A DNA stretch of 64,000 nt. It comes from Candidatus Omnitrophota bacterium (lineage in GTDB: Bacteria > Omnitrophota > Gorgyraeia > JAHJTE01). This document shows, piece by piece, positions 18,422 through 29,551 of the stretch. Positions within the stretch are counted from its first letter, which is position 1, and each line of letters begins with the position of its first letter. The stretch lies in contig JAHJTE010000002.1 in the NCBI GenBank assembly GCA_018830005.1, positions 7,053 to 71,052 of the forward strand, given 5' to 3'. A program made the position numbers and the translations under genes. A model generated the notes under the pieces. The model was not told where the DNA came from. It made no database searches and worked only from the letters and a program-made list of their open reading frames with translations.

Positions 18422-20284
18422 ATGAATAAATTTAAATGCTTGTTTACTTTGACTTTATTATGTATTTTCTGTCTAATTAATACTAAGGTAGATGCAAATG
18501 AGTCTGGTACATCTCATTACACAATTGATTTAGAAAAGATTGTAATTACGCCTTCTAGGCTAAAGCAGGAATATAGGCATTCCACCCAAAATATAAGTAT
18601 TATCACTAAAGAAGACATTGAGTCTGAAGGCAAGCTTGAGATCTCAGAGGTCCTGGATTTATTGCCTTCAGTAGATATATTAGAGTATGGTTCTACTGGC
18701 TCTACGCGAGCTATCCATACCCGAGGTGCCTCATCCAGCCAAGTCCTCACTCTTGTTGACGGAAGACCAGTCAATACCCCGCGCGATGGTCTCACAGATT
18801 TTAATCAAATTCCTCTTTCAAACATTGAAAGGATTGAAGTTTTGCGCGGCCCTTTAAGTAGTATATATGGCGCGAATGCGGTAGGCGGGGTTATCAATAT
18901 AATTACTAAAAGCGGAAAAGAAAAAAAACAGACTAAAAGTTCAAGCAAATTCGGTTCTTTCAATACAAAATCTGTTTCTTTAACCCACTCAAATAAAATA
19001 GATAAGTTCGATTATTTTATATCCAGCGACTACCTAGCCTCGCATGGCCATAGAGATAATGCTGACTATTTAAGCAACAATGTAAATACAAAATTAGGGA
19101 TTGAGTTAGATGCTGACAATCATATTAATACTTCTTTTGGATACTACAATTCAGAAGTAGGAACCCCGGGCTTAATTACTAATCAAGACCTGGATGATAG
19201 ACAGGAAACATTTAAAAAATATATCGATATAACTTATGATGGGAAAATGTTGGAAGGTCAAGATATAGTTTTAAAGGTATATCAGAATTTTGATAGATTG
19301 GAATTTATTGAAGCCTTTGATCCGCTTGATAAAGATACACAACAGACCAAGGTTTATGGGACAGATTTTCAGATTTCTCAAGTTCTATTCGATATTTATC
19401 GATCCGCAATTGGATTAAGCTTTCAAGAGCACAGACTTAACAGTTCAAACAGCGGCAAACATAGCTATAGCCTGAAAGGGACTTATTTTGAATCAGAGAC
19501 AGACATTTTTAATAAAGGGTCCTTGAAGTTCGGAGCACGCTGGGATGACTATTCAAATTTTGGAGATAGGATTAGCCCTAGTGCTAGTTTTAATCTTTGG
19601 TTATTTGATAAAATAAAGCTGCATGCCTTGGCAGCAAAATCTTTCCGTGCGCCTACTTTTAATGATCTTTACTGGCCGCAAGAAGATTGGGGTATTTGGG
19701 GCGGGGTAGAAGGGAATTCTAATCTTGGTCCTGAAAAAGCAATTTCATATGAAGCAGGCATAGGCGGGTATTCCTTAGGAAGACTTAAGACTGATATTAC
19801 ATATTTTATGACAGATTTCGATGATTTAATAGAATGGACAGTTGATGACTCTTGGTGGTGGAGACCTGAAAATGTTAGCTCTGCATCTATAAGAGGAGCT
19901 GAGCTTGAGACAGAATTCGTTACAAATGACCATTTTAAAGCTAATTTTAACTACACTTACCTAAGAGCTAAAAATAAAGATACAAAGAACTGGTTAATAT
20001 ATCGGCCTAGACATCTGTATAAGTTAAAATTAACCTACTCACCTGTCCCTAGATACGAATTGGGCTTAAGCGGCATATACAAAACAAAAAGATTCAGCAA
20101 TGCAAGCAATACGACCTTTCTCAAGGCCTACTTTATTATGAATATGAACCTTTCCTACAAAATAAATGATTTTGCGCAAATTTTGTTTGAGACTAAAAAT
20201 ATCTTTGATAGAACGTATCAAGAGGAGAGGGACTATTCTATGCCAGGAAGGGCATTTTATAGCGGGTTTAAATTAACATTTTAA
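18422..20284 (+). CDS. btuB: TonB-dependent outer-membrane receptor, BtuB-like
   Basis: Signal peptide, TonB-box-like EKIVITPSR, plug and barrel domains, C-terminal ...GFKLTF. Confidence 0.75.
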   Translation: MNKFKCLFTLTLLCIFCLINTKVDANESGTSHYTIDLEKIVITPSRLKQEYRHSTQNISIITKEDIESEGKLEISEVLDLLPSVDILEYGSTGSTRAIHTRGASSSQVLTLVDGRPVNTPRDGLTDFNQIPLSNIERIEVLRGPLSSIYGANAVGGVINIITKSGKEKKQTKSSSKFGSFNTKSVSLTHSNKIDKFDYFISSDYLASHGHRDNADYLSNNVNTKLGIELDADNHINTSFGYYNSEVGTPGLITNQDLDDRQETFKKYIDITYDGKMLEGQDIVLKVYQNFDRLEFIEAFDPLDKDTQQTKVYGTDFQISQVLFDIYRSAIGLSFQEHRLNSSNSGKHSYSLKGTYFESETDIFNKGSLKFGARWDDYSNFGDRISPSASFNLWLFDKIKLHALAAKSFRAPTFNDLYWPQEDWGIWGGVEGNSNLGPEKAISYEAGIGGYSLGRLKTDITYFMTDFDDLIEWTVDDSWWWRPENVSSASIRGAELETEFVTNDHFKANFNYTYLRAKNKDTKNWLIYRPRHLYKLKLTYSPVPRYELGLSGIYKTKRFSNASNTTFLKAYFIMNMNLSYKINDFAQILFETKNIFDRTYQEERDYSMPGRAFYSGFKLTF

Positions 20285-20369
20285 TTTGGCTTGAGTTTTT
20301 ATTTTTTATATGTTATAGTATTTTATAGAAGCAAGAAAAAACTTCTAACTAATTACTATATTTGAAGTT

Positions 20370-21056
20370 ATGGAGCATTCTAGTGCCCAATTTAAAGTAA
20401 TCATATTAATTTCGATATTTATTCACGCTGTGTTCCTTCTAGAATTGCCACGATTTAAAATAATACCTCCAAAGAAATCTTTAACGAATCTGGAGGTAAC
20501 ATATAAGATCCTAAAGCTAGAAAATGCCTTGAATAAAAAATTAAAGCAGAATGTTAATCAACGCGAGGATCTTAGTAAGCTTAAAAAAAATAGACTACTT
20601 CTAAAGGCAGGAGACATGTCTAGTCCGCCGGCATTTTCGCAAAAAGCAGATCTTTTGAGTACCGGTAAGGTTATCGTACGTAATGTACAATTGCCTACGA
20701 GAAAAGAAAAATCACCCATAGAAATAGTAAAGCTTCCTGTGGTCAGCTCTCCTTTTATGTCAAATCCGGCATATTTGAGCTATTACCAGATAATCCGGGA
20801 GAAGATCAAAAATGTGGCTCACTTAAACAATACTTTAGTTAACGAAGGAGAGGTGTATTTATCCTTTGTTGTCGATTCCAGTGGTCAACTCATAACTGCA
20901 AAGGTCGTTAACGAAAAATCAACTAATAATCAAGAACTACAATATATGGCACATAGCTTCTTAGAAAAAGCAGCGCCTTTTCCAGTATTCCCACCAAAAC
21001 TCAAGCATCAGCAACTCTCCTTCAATGTCATTATTGAATTCAGATTGGTTGACTGA
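20370..21056 (+). CDS. tonB: TonB-family energy transducer (C-terminal TonB domain)
   Basis: N-terminal TM anchor and C-terminal EGEVYLSFVVDSSGQLITAKVV...SFNVIIEFRL. Confidence 0.5.
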   Translation: MEHSSAQFKVIILISIFIHAVFLLELPRFKIIPPKKSLTNLEVTYKILKLENALNKKLKQNVNQREDLSKLKKNRLLLKAGDMSSPPAFSQKADLLSTGKVIVRNVQLPTRKEKSPIEIVKLPVVSSPFMSNPAYLSYYQIIREKIKNVAHLNNTLVNEGEVYLSFVVDSSGQLITAKVVNEKSTNNQELQYMAHSFLEKAAPFPVFPPKLKHQQLSFNVIIEFRLVD

Positions 21057-21135
21057 AATTCATACAAGTAAGTTGACATAACATTCTAACAGTGCTATAG
21101 TTGTAATACTATTTAAAGAATGAGGGGTGATATTA

Positions 21136-21297
21136 ATGTCCGAAGTAGAAGTACGCAAAGGCGAACCATTTGAATCTGCATTGCGTCGTTTTAAGAAGAA
21201 GATCGAACGCGAAGGAATATTAAGAGAGGTCAGAGACCGCAAACACTATGAAAAGCCTAGTGAAAAAAGAAGGAAAAAAGGCAAAAGAAAAAAATAA
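21136..21297 (+). CDS. rpsU: 30S ribosomal protein S21
   Basis: [48 protein letters not shown]. Below the ORF-track size cutoff. Promoter ttgaca-17-tatagt at 21073-21101. Confidence 0.85.
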   Translation: MSEVEVRKGEPFESALRRFKKKIEREGILREVRDRKHYEKPSEKRRKKGKRKK

Positions 21298-22199
21298 TGT
21301 TTGCACTTTCTTTATCCTGGAACGTCAACAAATTTAGAAGTGCAAAGAAACAGATTGATGAGATAGTTAAGGTAGGATTTAAGGAATTAGAGCTTAACTT
21401 TAGTCTTACCGAAAAAAGAATCAGACAAATAGATAGGCTGAGGAAAGAAGGCATGATTAGAATCCTCAGCTGTCATAATTTCTGCCCGATACCTAACTGC
21501 CTCTCAACTAAAAAGGCGTTACCAGACTATTATTCCATTTCCTCGCTAAACGAGAAGAAGCGGCGTCTTGCTTTAAAATATACCAAAAAGTCAATAGAGA
21601 CTGCTTCACAGCTAAAGGCAAGGGCGCTTATCTTGCATTCAGGAAGAGTGGATATGCAAGATAAAAGCAAGCAGCTCATGCAATTGTTTGCTGCCGGCAA
21701 GGGCAATTCCTCTGCTTTTAAAAGTATTAAAAACAGAATGCGCATCTTACGTGAAAAGAGGAAGAAGCCGCATTTAGAGAAGGCCCTCACGAGTATAGGA
21801 GAGCTTTCTAATTACGCAAAAAAGCTGAATGTAAAGCTTGGTCTGGAAAATCGTATCTATTATTCTGAAATCCCACAACTAGATGAATTCGATATTCTGC
21901 TTCAAAACACAAATGCCTTTTTTTGGTTTGATACAGGCCATGCCAGGATTATGCAAAAGCTCTGGGGTATCAGAGAGAAGGAATACTTAAAGAGATACTC
22001 CTCTAAGTTTATTGGCGTCCATCTTCACGATGTAATTGGCATGCAGGATCATCTTGCCCCGGGCGTAGGAGAACTTAATTTCAAATCTTTAGCGCCTTAT
22101 ATTAAAAGAAATACGATTAAGGTAATTGAAGCACATGCTGCGGCTAGTAAAGAAGAGTTGGGCCAAAGCATTAATTTCTTAAATAAAATTTTTAGTTGA
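21297..22199 (+). CDS. Xylose-isomerase-like TIM-barrel protein (sugar phosphate isomerase/epimerase, AP-endonuclease-2 fold)
   Basis: ...LGLENRIYYSEIP...FWFDTGHARIM...IGVHLHDV pattern. Start overlaps the rpsU stop (taATG). Confidence 0.55.
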   Translation: MFALSLSWNVNKFRSAKKQIDEIVKVGFKELELNFSLTEKRIRQIDRLRKEGMIRILSCHNFCPIPNCLSTKKALPDYYSISSLNEKKRRLALKYTKKSIETASQLKARALILHSGRVDMQDKSKQLMQLFAAGKGNSSAFKSIKNRMRILREKRKKPHLEKALTSIGELSNYAKKLNVKLGLENRIYYSEIPQLDEFDILLQNTNAFFWFDTGHARIMQKLWGIREKEYLKRYSSKFIGVHLHDVIGMQDHLAPGVGELNFKSLAPYIKRNTIKVIEAHAAASKEELGQSINFLNKIFS

Positions 22200-22200
22200 T

Positions 22201-23013
22201 ATGTTGCGTGAGTCTGTTGCCTCAGGCAAGTTTTATCCTTCTAGCGCTGCTGCAATTAGAAAGCAGATTAATTCCCTTCTTCCTAAAGAAAGGGCGCAAA
22301 AATCATCTGCGATTGCAGCCATGCTTCCTCATGCCGGCTATATTTACTCCGGAGAGGTAGCAGTTAGCGTAATAGCGCAACTTGAAATTAGAAAAAATAT
22401 AATCCTCCTAGGGCCGAATCATACTGGCATAGGAAAGAGGGTAAGTATTTCATCAAAAGGTAAGTGGAACACACCTATGGGGGATGTGGAAATAAACGAA
22501 GAAATCGCAAAGGCATTTCTTTCCAATTCTGAAATTTTAGAAGAAGATATAAGCGCACATGTTTACGAACACTGCCTGGAAGTAGAACTTCCAATCCTGC
22601 AATATTTTAGTAGTGATTTTAAGATTGTTCCGATTGTTGTTGGGCAAATTAGCCTAAGTGAAATACTAAAACTTGCCGCCGACCTTGTAAAAACAATTAA
22701 GACAGCTGATCTTGTTGATGAAACCTTGTTTTTGGCAAGTTCGGATATGACGCATTATGAAAGTCAGCAGGAGGCAAATTCAAAAGACAAGCTTGCAATT
22801 TCCCAAATAGAGAAGCTCTCAGCAAAAGGCTTAATAGAAATCGTAAGTAAAAATAATATCTCAATGTGTGGGGTATACCCTACAGCTGTAGTTATTGAAG
22901 CAGCACGGATATTAGGAGCCAAGAAGGCCGAGCTGATAAAATACGAAACAAGCGCTAAAGCAAGCGGCGATTATTCTCAAGTAGTAGGTTACGCTGGTTT
23001 GATTATCAAATGA
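22201..23013 (+). CDS. AmmeMemoRadiSam system protein B (MEMO1-like)
   Basis: LPHAGYIYSGEVA...LLGPNHTG...SSDMTHYES, the Memo-family His motifs. Confidence 0.75.
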   Translation: MLRESVASGKFYPSSAAAIRKQINSLLPKERAQKSSAIAAMLPHAGYIYSGEVAVSVIAQLEIRKNIILLGPNHTGIGKRVSISSKGKWNTPMGDVEINEEIAKAFLSNSEILEEDISAHVYEHCLEVELPILQYFSSDFKIVPIVVGQISLSEILKLAADLVKTIKTADLVDETLFLASSDMTHYESQQEANSKDKLAISQIEKLSAKGLIEIVSKNNISMCGVYPTAVVIEAARILGAKKAELIKYETSAKASGDYSQVVGYAGLIIK

Positions 23014-23034
23014 AACAGGAGCGTTCAGAAAGAG

Positions 23035-23415
23035 GTGAATTATATGGAGAGCCCTGAAAAAAAGAAGATTGATGAAGATTGGAAGAAAACTGCAAAAGAG
23101 GAAAAGGCGCAAAAGCCAGAAGGCGCTGAAGGTGACGATAGTAAAGACGGATTCTTACCAGACGAACCAAATTTTACTTTTTTTGTAAGCACCTTGGGTA
23201 TGCAGGCCTCTATCGCCTTAGGGGATATGCCAAATCCAGTTACAAAAGAACAAAAAGTAGATTTAAGGCAAGCTAAGTTCTTTATAGATACCTTAACCAT
23301 GATAAAAGACAAGACATCCGGGAATTTAGCATTAGAAGAGGATAATTTTATAGATACACTTCTCTATGAATTAAAAATGCGTTTTGTTGAAAAATCAAAA
23401 GGGGCCAAGGCTTAA
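23035..23415 (+). CDS. DUF1844-like protein
   Basis: K/E-rich N-terminus, then FTFFVSTLGMQASIALG...AKFFIDTLTMIKDKT, recalled as the DUF1844 pattern. Confidence 0.45.
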   Translation: MNYMESPEKKKIDEDWKKTAKEEKAQKPEGAEGDDSKDGFLPDEPNFTFFVSTLGMQASIALGDMPNPVTKEQKVDLRQAKFFIDTLTMIKDKTSGNLALEEDNFIDTLLYELKMRFVEKSKGAKA

Positions 23416-23432
23416 ACAGGAGGTGGCCAAAG

Positions 23433-23591
23433 ATGATAGACAAAGAATTGTTAGATATCCTTGCGTGTCCTGCGTGTAAGGCAGACATTGAATTAAAAAA
23501 GGAAAAAATTGTCTGCACGAAATGCGGACGTAAATACCCAATAAAAGACGGTATTCCGATAATGCTTATTGATGAGGCAGAGCAGGATTAA
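23433..23591 (+). CDS. Trm112-family small zinc-ribbon protein (UPF0434)
   Basis: [49 protein letters not shown]. Below the ORF-track cutoff. Confidence 0.75.
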   Translation: MIDKELLDILACPACKADIELKKEKIVCTKCGRKYPIKDGIPIMLIDEAEQD

Positions 23592-23623
23592 TCAAGAGAT
23601 CCTTGCGTTCAAAAGGGGTGATT

Positions 23624-24064
23624 ATGCGCAAAATCCTAATTATTCATGGACCAAATCTTAACCTCCTAGGTCAAAGAGAGGTAGACGTCTATGGTAAAGT
23701 AACCTTAGAGGAAATCAATAGCAGTCTAAAAAAAATCGCCAAAAAAGAAAAACTGACGCTTAAGATACTCCAATCCAATCATGAAGGCGAAATAGTAGAC
23801 GTAATCGGTAAGGCCAAAAAACAAGGCTTTAGCGCTATTGTAATAAATCCTGCTGCCTACACCCATACAAGCGTAGCTATCAGGGATGCCGTAGCTGCCT
23901 CAGGCCTGCCGACCATAGAAGTACATTTATCAAATATATATTCTCGTGAAGAATTTAGACAGCATTCTCTTACAGCTGCCGTAACAACAGGACAGATTTG
24001 CGGTTTTGGTATTAACAGCTATTGCTTAGGGTTGCTCGCTGCCTCTAGAATAATAAAAAAGTGA
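23624..24064 (+). CDS. aroQ: 3-dehydroquinate dehydratase, type II
   Basis: [18 protein letters not shown]...HEGEIVD...[10 protein letters not shown]. Confidence 0.85.
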   Translation: MRKILIIHGPNLNLLGQREVDVYGKVTLEEINSSLKKIAKKEKLTLKILQSNHEGEIVDVIGKAKKQGFSAIVINPAAYTHTSVAIRDAVAASGLPTIEVHLSNIYSREEFRQHSLTAAVTTGQICGFGINSYCLGLLAASRIIKK

Positions 24065-25125
24065 AACAACGATTGCTTTATCTCCACAGCAAACTGGATG
24101 AACTGAATCTGGATGCCCTCCTCATAACAGATGTATCCAACATTGCTTATCTTGCAAATTTTAAGGCAGATGATTGTTATATCATTTTAGATGCGAAAAA
24201 AAGGTATTTTTTGACTGATTTCAGGAACATTGAAGAGGCAAAAAAAGCAGTAAAGAACTTTAATGCTGTTTGTATTAAAGATTCTGTGTTTAAGACAGTA
24301 CCTGAGCTTATTAAAAAAATAAAGGCGAGGAGATTGGGTTTTGAGGCAAAATCATTGGATTACGCATCCTATGCGAAATTAAAAAAAGACCTAAAAAAGA
24401 ACTGCAAGTTAATTCCTACATTTGATTTGATTGAAGACTCACGACAGATAAAGACAGAAAGCGAAATCCGGTTAATAAGAAAGGCTGTTAATATCTCTAT
24501 AGGTGCCTATAGATTCGTAAAAAGAATCATTCGCGCCAATATGAGTGAAAATGACCTTATCTCGCGAATCGAAAGTTTTATAAAAGATAAAGGCGCACAA
24601 GGAACTTCTTTTGAGCCGATCGCCGCCAGCGGTAGGCATTCATCCTATCCGCATGCAAGAAGTACAGATAAAAAAATTGGTAAAAACAGCGTTCTAACAT
24701 TGGATTTTGGAGTCGATTATAAGGGCTATAAATCCGACTTGACAAGGGTATTTTTTTTGGGTAGAATACCTGCAGATTTAAGGAAAATTTACGACGTTGT
24801 TCTTGAGGCACAAGCTAGAGCGATTTCTAAAATAGAACCAGGCATTTCTGCGGCCCAAATCGATGCGGAAGCGAGAAATTTTATAGCCCGAAAAGGATTT
24901 GGGCGTTTTTTTCAGCATGCTACTGGCCATGGTATTGGTCTGGAAGTACACGAGGCACCTTTTATATCAAAGAAAAATAAGAAACCTCTCATCCCGGGTA
25001 TGGTCTTCACAGTAGAGCCGGGAATATATATACCGGGAAGGTTTGGGGTTAGAATCGAAGATATGGTTTTGGTCAAGAAAAATGGAGTTGAGGTTCTAAG
25101 TGGCGCTCTCAATAAATCAGCTTAA
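24061..25125 (+). CDS. M24 family Xaa-Pro aminopeptidase
   Basis: Creatinase-like N-domain and HGIGLEVHE metal site. Confidence 0.8.
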   Translation: MKQRLLYLHSKLDELNLDALLITDVSNIAYLANFKADDCYIILDAKKRYFLTDFRNIEEAKKAVKNFNAVCIKDSVFKTVPELIKKIKARRLGFEAKSLDYASYAKLKKDLKKNCKLIPTFDLIEDSRQIKTESEIRLIRKAVNISIGAYRFVKRIIRANMSENDLISRIESFIKDKGAQGTSFEPIAASGRHSSYPHARSTDKKIGKNSVLTLDFGVDYKGYKSDLTRVFFLGRIPADLRKIYDVVLEAQARAISKIEPGISAAQIDAEARNFIARKGFGRFFQHATGHGIGLEVHEAPFISKKNKKPLIPGMVFTVEPGIYIPGRFGVRIEDMVLVKKNGVEVLSGALNKSA

Positions 25126-25663
25126 GAGTGGCTTGACTGTCCTTATTGACGGACAAGTATATACAGTAGTAAGCACTCAACATGTAAAGCCGGGCAAGGG
25201 CTCTGCATTCAGCAGGACGAAACTAAGGAATCTAAAGACAGATACAGTCTCTGAAAAGAAATTCCGTTGCGAGGAAAGAATTGAAGAGGCATTTGTGGAA
25301 CAAAAAAAGATACAATATCTATATAATACACACGATGTGTATCATTTTATGGACCTTGAAAATTACGAAGAAATCGCCATTAGCAAAAACCGACTTAAGG
25401 ACCAATTGCATTTTCTGAAAGATAATCTAGAATTATCCGCTTCTTTTTATGATGGAGAACTGCTTACAATCAGCCTTCCTGCATTTGTCAATTTTAAAAT
25501 ATTACACACTGAAGCTGCAATTAAAGGCGATACTGTAAAGGCAGGCACAAAATCGGCAACAATTGAAACAAAACATACTATTCAGGTGCCACTTTTCATT
25601 AAGCAAGGAGACATTGTTAAAATCGATACCCGAACTGGTAAATATCTTGAACGCGCTTCTTAG
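25100..25663 (+). CDS. efp: Elongation factor P
   Basis: [22 protein letters not shown]...KPGKGSAF. Confidence 0.85.
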   Translation: MALSINQLKSGLTVLIDGQVYTVVSTQHVKPGKGSAFSRTKLRNLKTDTVSEKKFRCEERIEEAFVEQKKIQYLYNTHDVYHFMDLENYEEIAISKNRLKDQLHFLKDNLELSASFYDGELLTISLPAFVNFKILHTEAAIKGDTVKAGTKSATIETKHTIQVPLFIKQGDIVKIDTRTGKYLERAS

Positions 25664-25681
25664 ACATAATGGAGGGAAGCT

Positions 25682-26149
25682 ATGAACATCCGAGAAATTA
25701 AAGAAATGTTATCCCTGATGAACGAGAACAATCTTGCAGAATTTGAGTTTGAAAAGGATGGCATGCGCATTCGCCTTAAGAAAGGAACTGGCTCGCAATA
25801 TGAAGTATCAACCACACAGCCTGACGGCGAGCAAACCAAGGAAATCCTGGACGCCCAGAAACAACAGGCAAAATCTTCAAGTGAAGCCTCAAAAGAAGTA
25901 AAAGGACTTATTGAAATAAAGGTGCCCATGGTGGGTACTTTTTATCGCGCACCTAGTCCGGAGACGCCTCCATACATAGAAGTCGGACAGGTTATTAGTA
26001 AAGGCCAAATAATCTGTATTGTCGAAGCTATGAAATTAATGAATGAGATCAAATCTGAACACAAAGGTAAGATCGTTGAAATCTTAGTAAATAATGCTGA
26101 GCCTGTAGAATATGGACAGGTGATTATGCGCCTGGAACCATCTTCCTAG
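25682..26149 (+). CDS. accB: Acetyl-CoA carboxylase biotin carboxyl carrier protein
   Basis: Biotinylation motif EAMKLMNEI. Confidence 0.85.
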   Translation: MNIREIKEMLSLMNENNLAEFEFEKDGMRIRLKKGTGSQYEVSTTQPDGEQTKEILDAQKQQAKSSSEASKEVKGLIEIKVPMVGTFYRAPSPETPPYIEVGQVISKGQIICIVEAMKLMNEIKSEHKGKIVEILVNNAEPVEYGQVIMRLEPSS

Positions 26150-26167
26150 CCTGCAATTTGCGATAAT

Positions 26168-27520
26168 ATGTTTTCAAAAATTTTAATTGCTAATCGTGGT
26201 GAAATAGCATTAAGAATTATCCACGCCTGTAAAGAACTCGGAATTAAAACTGTTGGGGTATATTCTGAAGCTGATGTAGACAGTCTGCATGTGCGCTTTG
26301 CAGACGAAGTTGTCTGCATTGGTCCTGCAAACAGCGCAAATAGTTATTTAAACATTCCTGCCATCATTAGCGCTGCAGAGATTACTGACGTAGAGGCAAT
26401 CCATCCTGGGTATGGTTTCCTTGCGGAAAATGCCCATTTTGCCGAAATCTGTCAATCCTGCCAGATAGAATTTATCGGACCTTCTCCTTACAATATGCGA
26501 CTCATGGGAGACAAGATGGCAGCGCGTGAGACAATGAAAAAGGCTAAGATTCCCATAATCCCCGGTACGCTAACCGCCATTAAAGAAAAAGAAGATGCAA
26601 TAAAGATAGCAAAAAAAATAAAATATCCAATAATGATAAAGGCTACCGCGGGTGGTGGCGGAAAAGGAATGCGCATCTGTCATAATGACGTGCGACTGAT
26701 CAGCGCTTTAATTACAGCCCAGAATGAAGCTGAATCAAGCTTTGGAAATCCTGATGTCTATTTTGAAAAATATATATCCAATTCCCGTCATATTGAATTC
26801 CAAATTGTAGCTGATCGCAAAGGTCACACAGTCCATTTAGGCGAGCGCGATTGCAGCATCCAAAGAAGACATCAAAAGCTTCTAGAAGAATCTCCTTCTA
26901 TGGCCCTGGATGACAAACTAAGAAGAAAAATGGGCGAGGTTGCTATAAAGGCTGCCAAGGCCGTGGGCTATCAAGGCGTAGGTACAGTTGAATTCCTCCT
27001 AGATGAAAACGGAGATTTTTACTTTTTAGAGATGAATACTCGTATACAGGTTGAACATCCGGTTACAGAGACGCTCACAGGCATAGATCTTGTAAAACTA
27101 CAAATTCTTTTAGCAGCAGGTGAAAAGCTGAAATTGAAACAGGATAAGATAAAATCATCGGGCCACTCAATAGAATGTAGAATCAATGCAGAAGATCCTG
27201 ACAATGGTTTCCTGCCCTCCCCAGGCCTGATAAAGAATTTAATCTTGCCAGGCGGACCTAATATAAGAATTGACACTCATGTCTACTCCGGATATAAAAT
27301 CCCACCCTATTATGACTCTTTAATTGCAAAATTAATCACTAAAGGCAACAATCGCAATGAGGCGCTGCAGACAATGCGCCGCGCCCTTGATGAATTTATA
27401 ATCGAACCGATAAAGACAACCATTCCTTTTCACAGAGAACTATTGGAAAACCGTAATTTCTTAAGGGGAGAAATTACTACGCATTTTATCGAAGACCTAT
27501 TATCCGAAAAGAAGGAGTGA
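26168..27520 (+). CDS. accC: Biotin carboxylase
   Basis: [17 protein letters not shown]...ATP-grasp...[14 protein letters not shown]. Confidence 0.9.
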   Translation: MFSKILIANRGEIALRIIHACKELGIKTVGVYSEADVDSLHVRFADEVVCIGPANSANSYLNIPAIISAAEITDVEAIHPGYGFLAENAHFAEICQSCQIEFIGPSPYNMRLMGDKMAARETMKKAKIPIIPGTLTAIKEKEDAIKIAKKIKYPIMIKATAGGGGKGMRICHNDVRLISALITAQNEAESSFGNPDVYFEKYISNSRHIEFQIVADRKGHTVHLGERDCSIQRRHQKLLEESPSMALDDKLRRKMGEVAIKAAKAVGYQGVGTVEFLLDENGDFYFLEMNTRIQVEHPVTETLTGIDLVKLQILLAAGEKLKLKQDKIKSSGHSIECRINAEDPDNGFLPSPGLIKNLILPGGPNIRIDTHVYSGYKIPPYYDSLIAKLITKGNNRNEALQTMRRALDEFIIEPIKTTIPFHRELLENRNFLRGEITTHFIEDLLSEKKE

Positions 27521-27885
27521 GTATTATGGATCAAAATGTAAAAAGTGAGTTGGGAACCATCCGCATACACAAAAAGGTTATTAGCTCCATTACTACGAAT
27601 GCTGCCAAAGAAGTAGATGGCGTTGCTGACTTGGGTTATTCGCTAAAAAGCTTTGTATCTAAGCTGTTTGGGCTCAATCTTGGCGGAATAATAGACGTTA
27701 ACATTGACAATAATAACGAGGTTACTATATCTGTTCCAATTATAGTTTCCTACGGCTATAACCTTCCAGAGGTTGCAGCCAAGGTACAGGAAAATGTACG
27801 CAAGATGATAGAAAAAAGCACAGAACTAAATATTAAACAGATTGACGTAAATATCCAGGCAGTAGAAAAGGAGGCGAAAAAGTGA
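27517..27885 (+). CDS. Asp23/Gls24-family alkaline shock protein
   Basis: [22 protein letters not shown] pattern. accB-accC-asp23 is a conserved arrangement. Confidence 0.65.
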   Translation: MSIMDQNVKSELGTIRIHKKVISSITTNAAKEVDGVADLGYSLKSFVSKLFGLNLGGIIDVNIDNNNEVTISVPIIVSYGYNLPEVAAKVQENVRKMIEKSTELNIKQIDVNIQAVEKEAKK

Positions 27886-28475
27886 AGATTATAACTAAAT
27901 TTGTTATCTATTGTTATACGATCGTCTTATTCACGATTGGCGCATTATTGATAAGCTTTGCTCTTGGAAAAATCGATGCCTATGACTTAACTGTTCTCTT
28001 GAAAAGCCTTGACACCGTTAATGCCAGATTGGCTACAGGTCTAACAGGCCTATTGATTATTCTAATTGGTTTTGTTTTCTCTCAAATAATGTTTTCAAGG
28101 ATTAAGCGTGAAAAAACAATAGCCTTTCAAACAGCTAGCGGCGAGGTCCTTGTGGCCTTAAATGCAGTAGAAGACCTAATCAGAAAATTAACCGGCGATA
28201 TCGAAGGAATAAAAGAAGCAAGGCCAAACGTCATAGCCTCCAAAAAGGGCATAGAGATTAATTTAAGGCTAGCCTTGAATGCCGACGTGCACATCCCTGA
28301 ATTTACAGGAAAGGTTCAGGAGTTGATAAAGGAGAGGATTCAGGAAATCCTCGGAATTGATGAGGCAATCACCGTTAAGATATTTGTCACTAAGATACTG
28401 GCCAAAGACAGACCGCGAAATAAAAAAGAAGCAGAAGAAGATACATCAGTCCCGTTTAGGGGTTACAAAAGATAA
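27882..28475 (+). CDS. Membrane protein, AmaP-like (Asp23 membrane anchor)
   Basis: Two N-terminal TM helices. Coupled to Asp23 by a 4-nt overlap. Confidence 0.4.
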   Translation: MKIITKFVIYCYTIVLFTIGALLISFALGKIDAYDLTVLLKSLDTVNARLATGLTGLLIILIGFVFSQIMFSRIKREKTIAFQTASGEVLVALNAVEDLIRKLTGDIEGIKEARPNVIASKKGIEINLRLALNADVHIPEFTGKVQELIKERIQEILGIDEAITVKIFVTKILAKDRPRNKKEAEEDTSVPFRGYKR

Positions 28476-28498
28476 CAATCAGTGGAGGCTAACAAGAA

Positions 28499-29533
28499 AT
28501 GGCAAAAAAAAGAATAGCAATTTTAACCGGAGGCGGGGATTGCGCGGGTTTGAATCCGGTAATTAGAGCTGTGACTCGAAAGGGTCTTGAGTTAGATTTT
28601 GAAATTATCGGTTTACTCAACGGTTGGAAAGGACTTATTAATAAAGAGACGATGCCGCTTGATCTAAAGTCTGTTTCAGGAATATTGCCTAAGGGCGGAA
28701 CTATTTTGGGAACAAGCAGGACCAATCCCTATAAGCAGGAAGGTGATGTAGGCAAAATAAAGACAAATTTCAAAGACCTGGCTCTTGATGCACTTATAGC
28801 TATTGGCGGCGAAGACACGCTGGGTGTGGCAAATAAGCTTTATACTCAAGAGAAACTACCTATCGTTGGCGTGCCAAAGACTATTGATAATGACCTTTCT
28901 TGTACAGATTATACATTTGGATTTGATACAGCAATTAACATTGCAACAGAATGCATTGACAGGCTCCATACAACCGCAGAAAGCCACCATAGAATTATTG
29001 TCGTGGAAGTAATGGGTAGACATGCAGGCTGGATTGCGACCTATGCAGGCATTGCCGGAGGTGCAGATATTATTCTCATTCCTGAAATACCTATCGATAC
29101 GGACGAGGTCTGTAATCTTCTAAAGAAACGACACGAGAGAGGTAAAAAATTCAGTATTGTCGTAGTTGCAGAAGGGGCAAAGCTCAAAAAAGACACTGAG
29201 GTATTACAAGAGGAGAAAAAAGACGCATTTGGCCATGTGCGCTTAGGCGGCATTGGAGAAAAATTAGGAAAACTAATAGAAGAAAAAACTGGTTATGAAA
29301 CACGTATTTCAGTTTTAGGGCATATCCAGCGTGGTGGTTCGCCAACTGCATTTGACAGAATTCTCGGAACGCGCTTTGGTATTAAGGCAGTCGAGTTAAT
29401 CAAAGATAAGCAATTCGGAAAAATGGTTGCTCTCTCAGGCAATAAAATAGTTACTGTATCATTAAAAGATGCTGTTAAAGAACTAAAGACAGTAGATATG
29501 GAACTCTACTCTATTGCTAAAATCTTCTTTTAA
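28499..29533 (+). CDS. pfk: 6-phosphofructokinase
   Basis: RIAILTGGGDCAGLNPVIR...GGEDTLG...MGRHAGW. Confidence 0.85.
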   Translation: MAKKRIAILTGGGDCAGLNPVIRAVTRKGLELDFEIIGLLNGWKGLINKETMPLDLKSVSGILPKGGTILGTSRTNPYKQEGDVGKIKTNFKDLALDALIAIGGEDTLGVANKLYTQEKLPIVGVPKTIDNDLSCTDYTFGFDTAINIATECIDRLHTTAESHHRIIVVEVMGRHAGWIATYAGIAGGADIILIPEIPIDTDEVCNLLKKRHERGKKFSIVVVAEGAKLKKDTEVLQEEKKDAFGHVRLGGIGEKLGKLIEEKTGYETRISVLGHIQRGGSPTAFDRILGTRFGIKAVELIKDKQFGKMVALSGNKIVTVSLKDAVKELKTVDMELYSIAKIFF

Positions 29534-29551
29534 TAAAGAATAAAATCTTTC

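Noticed and set aside
28357-28566. 69-aa ORF overlapping the end of the AmaP-like gene and the start of pfk
   Set aside because: It overlaps two well-supported genes in another frame and has highly basic junk composition.
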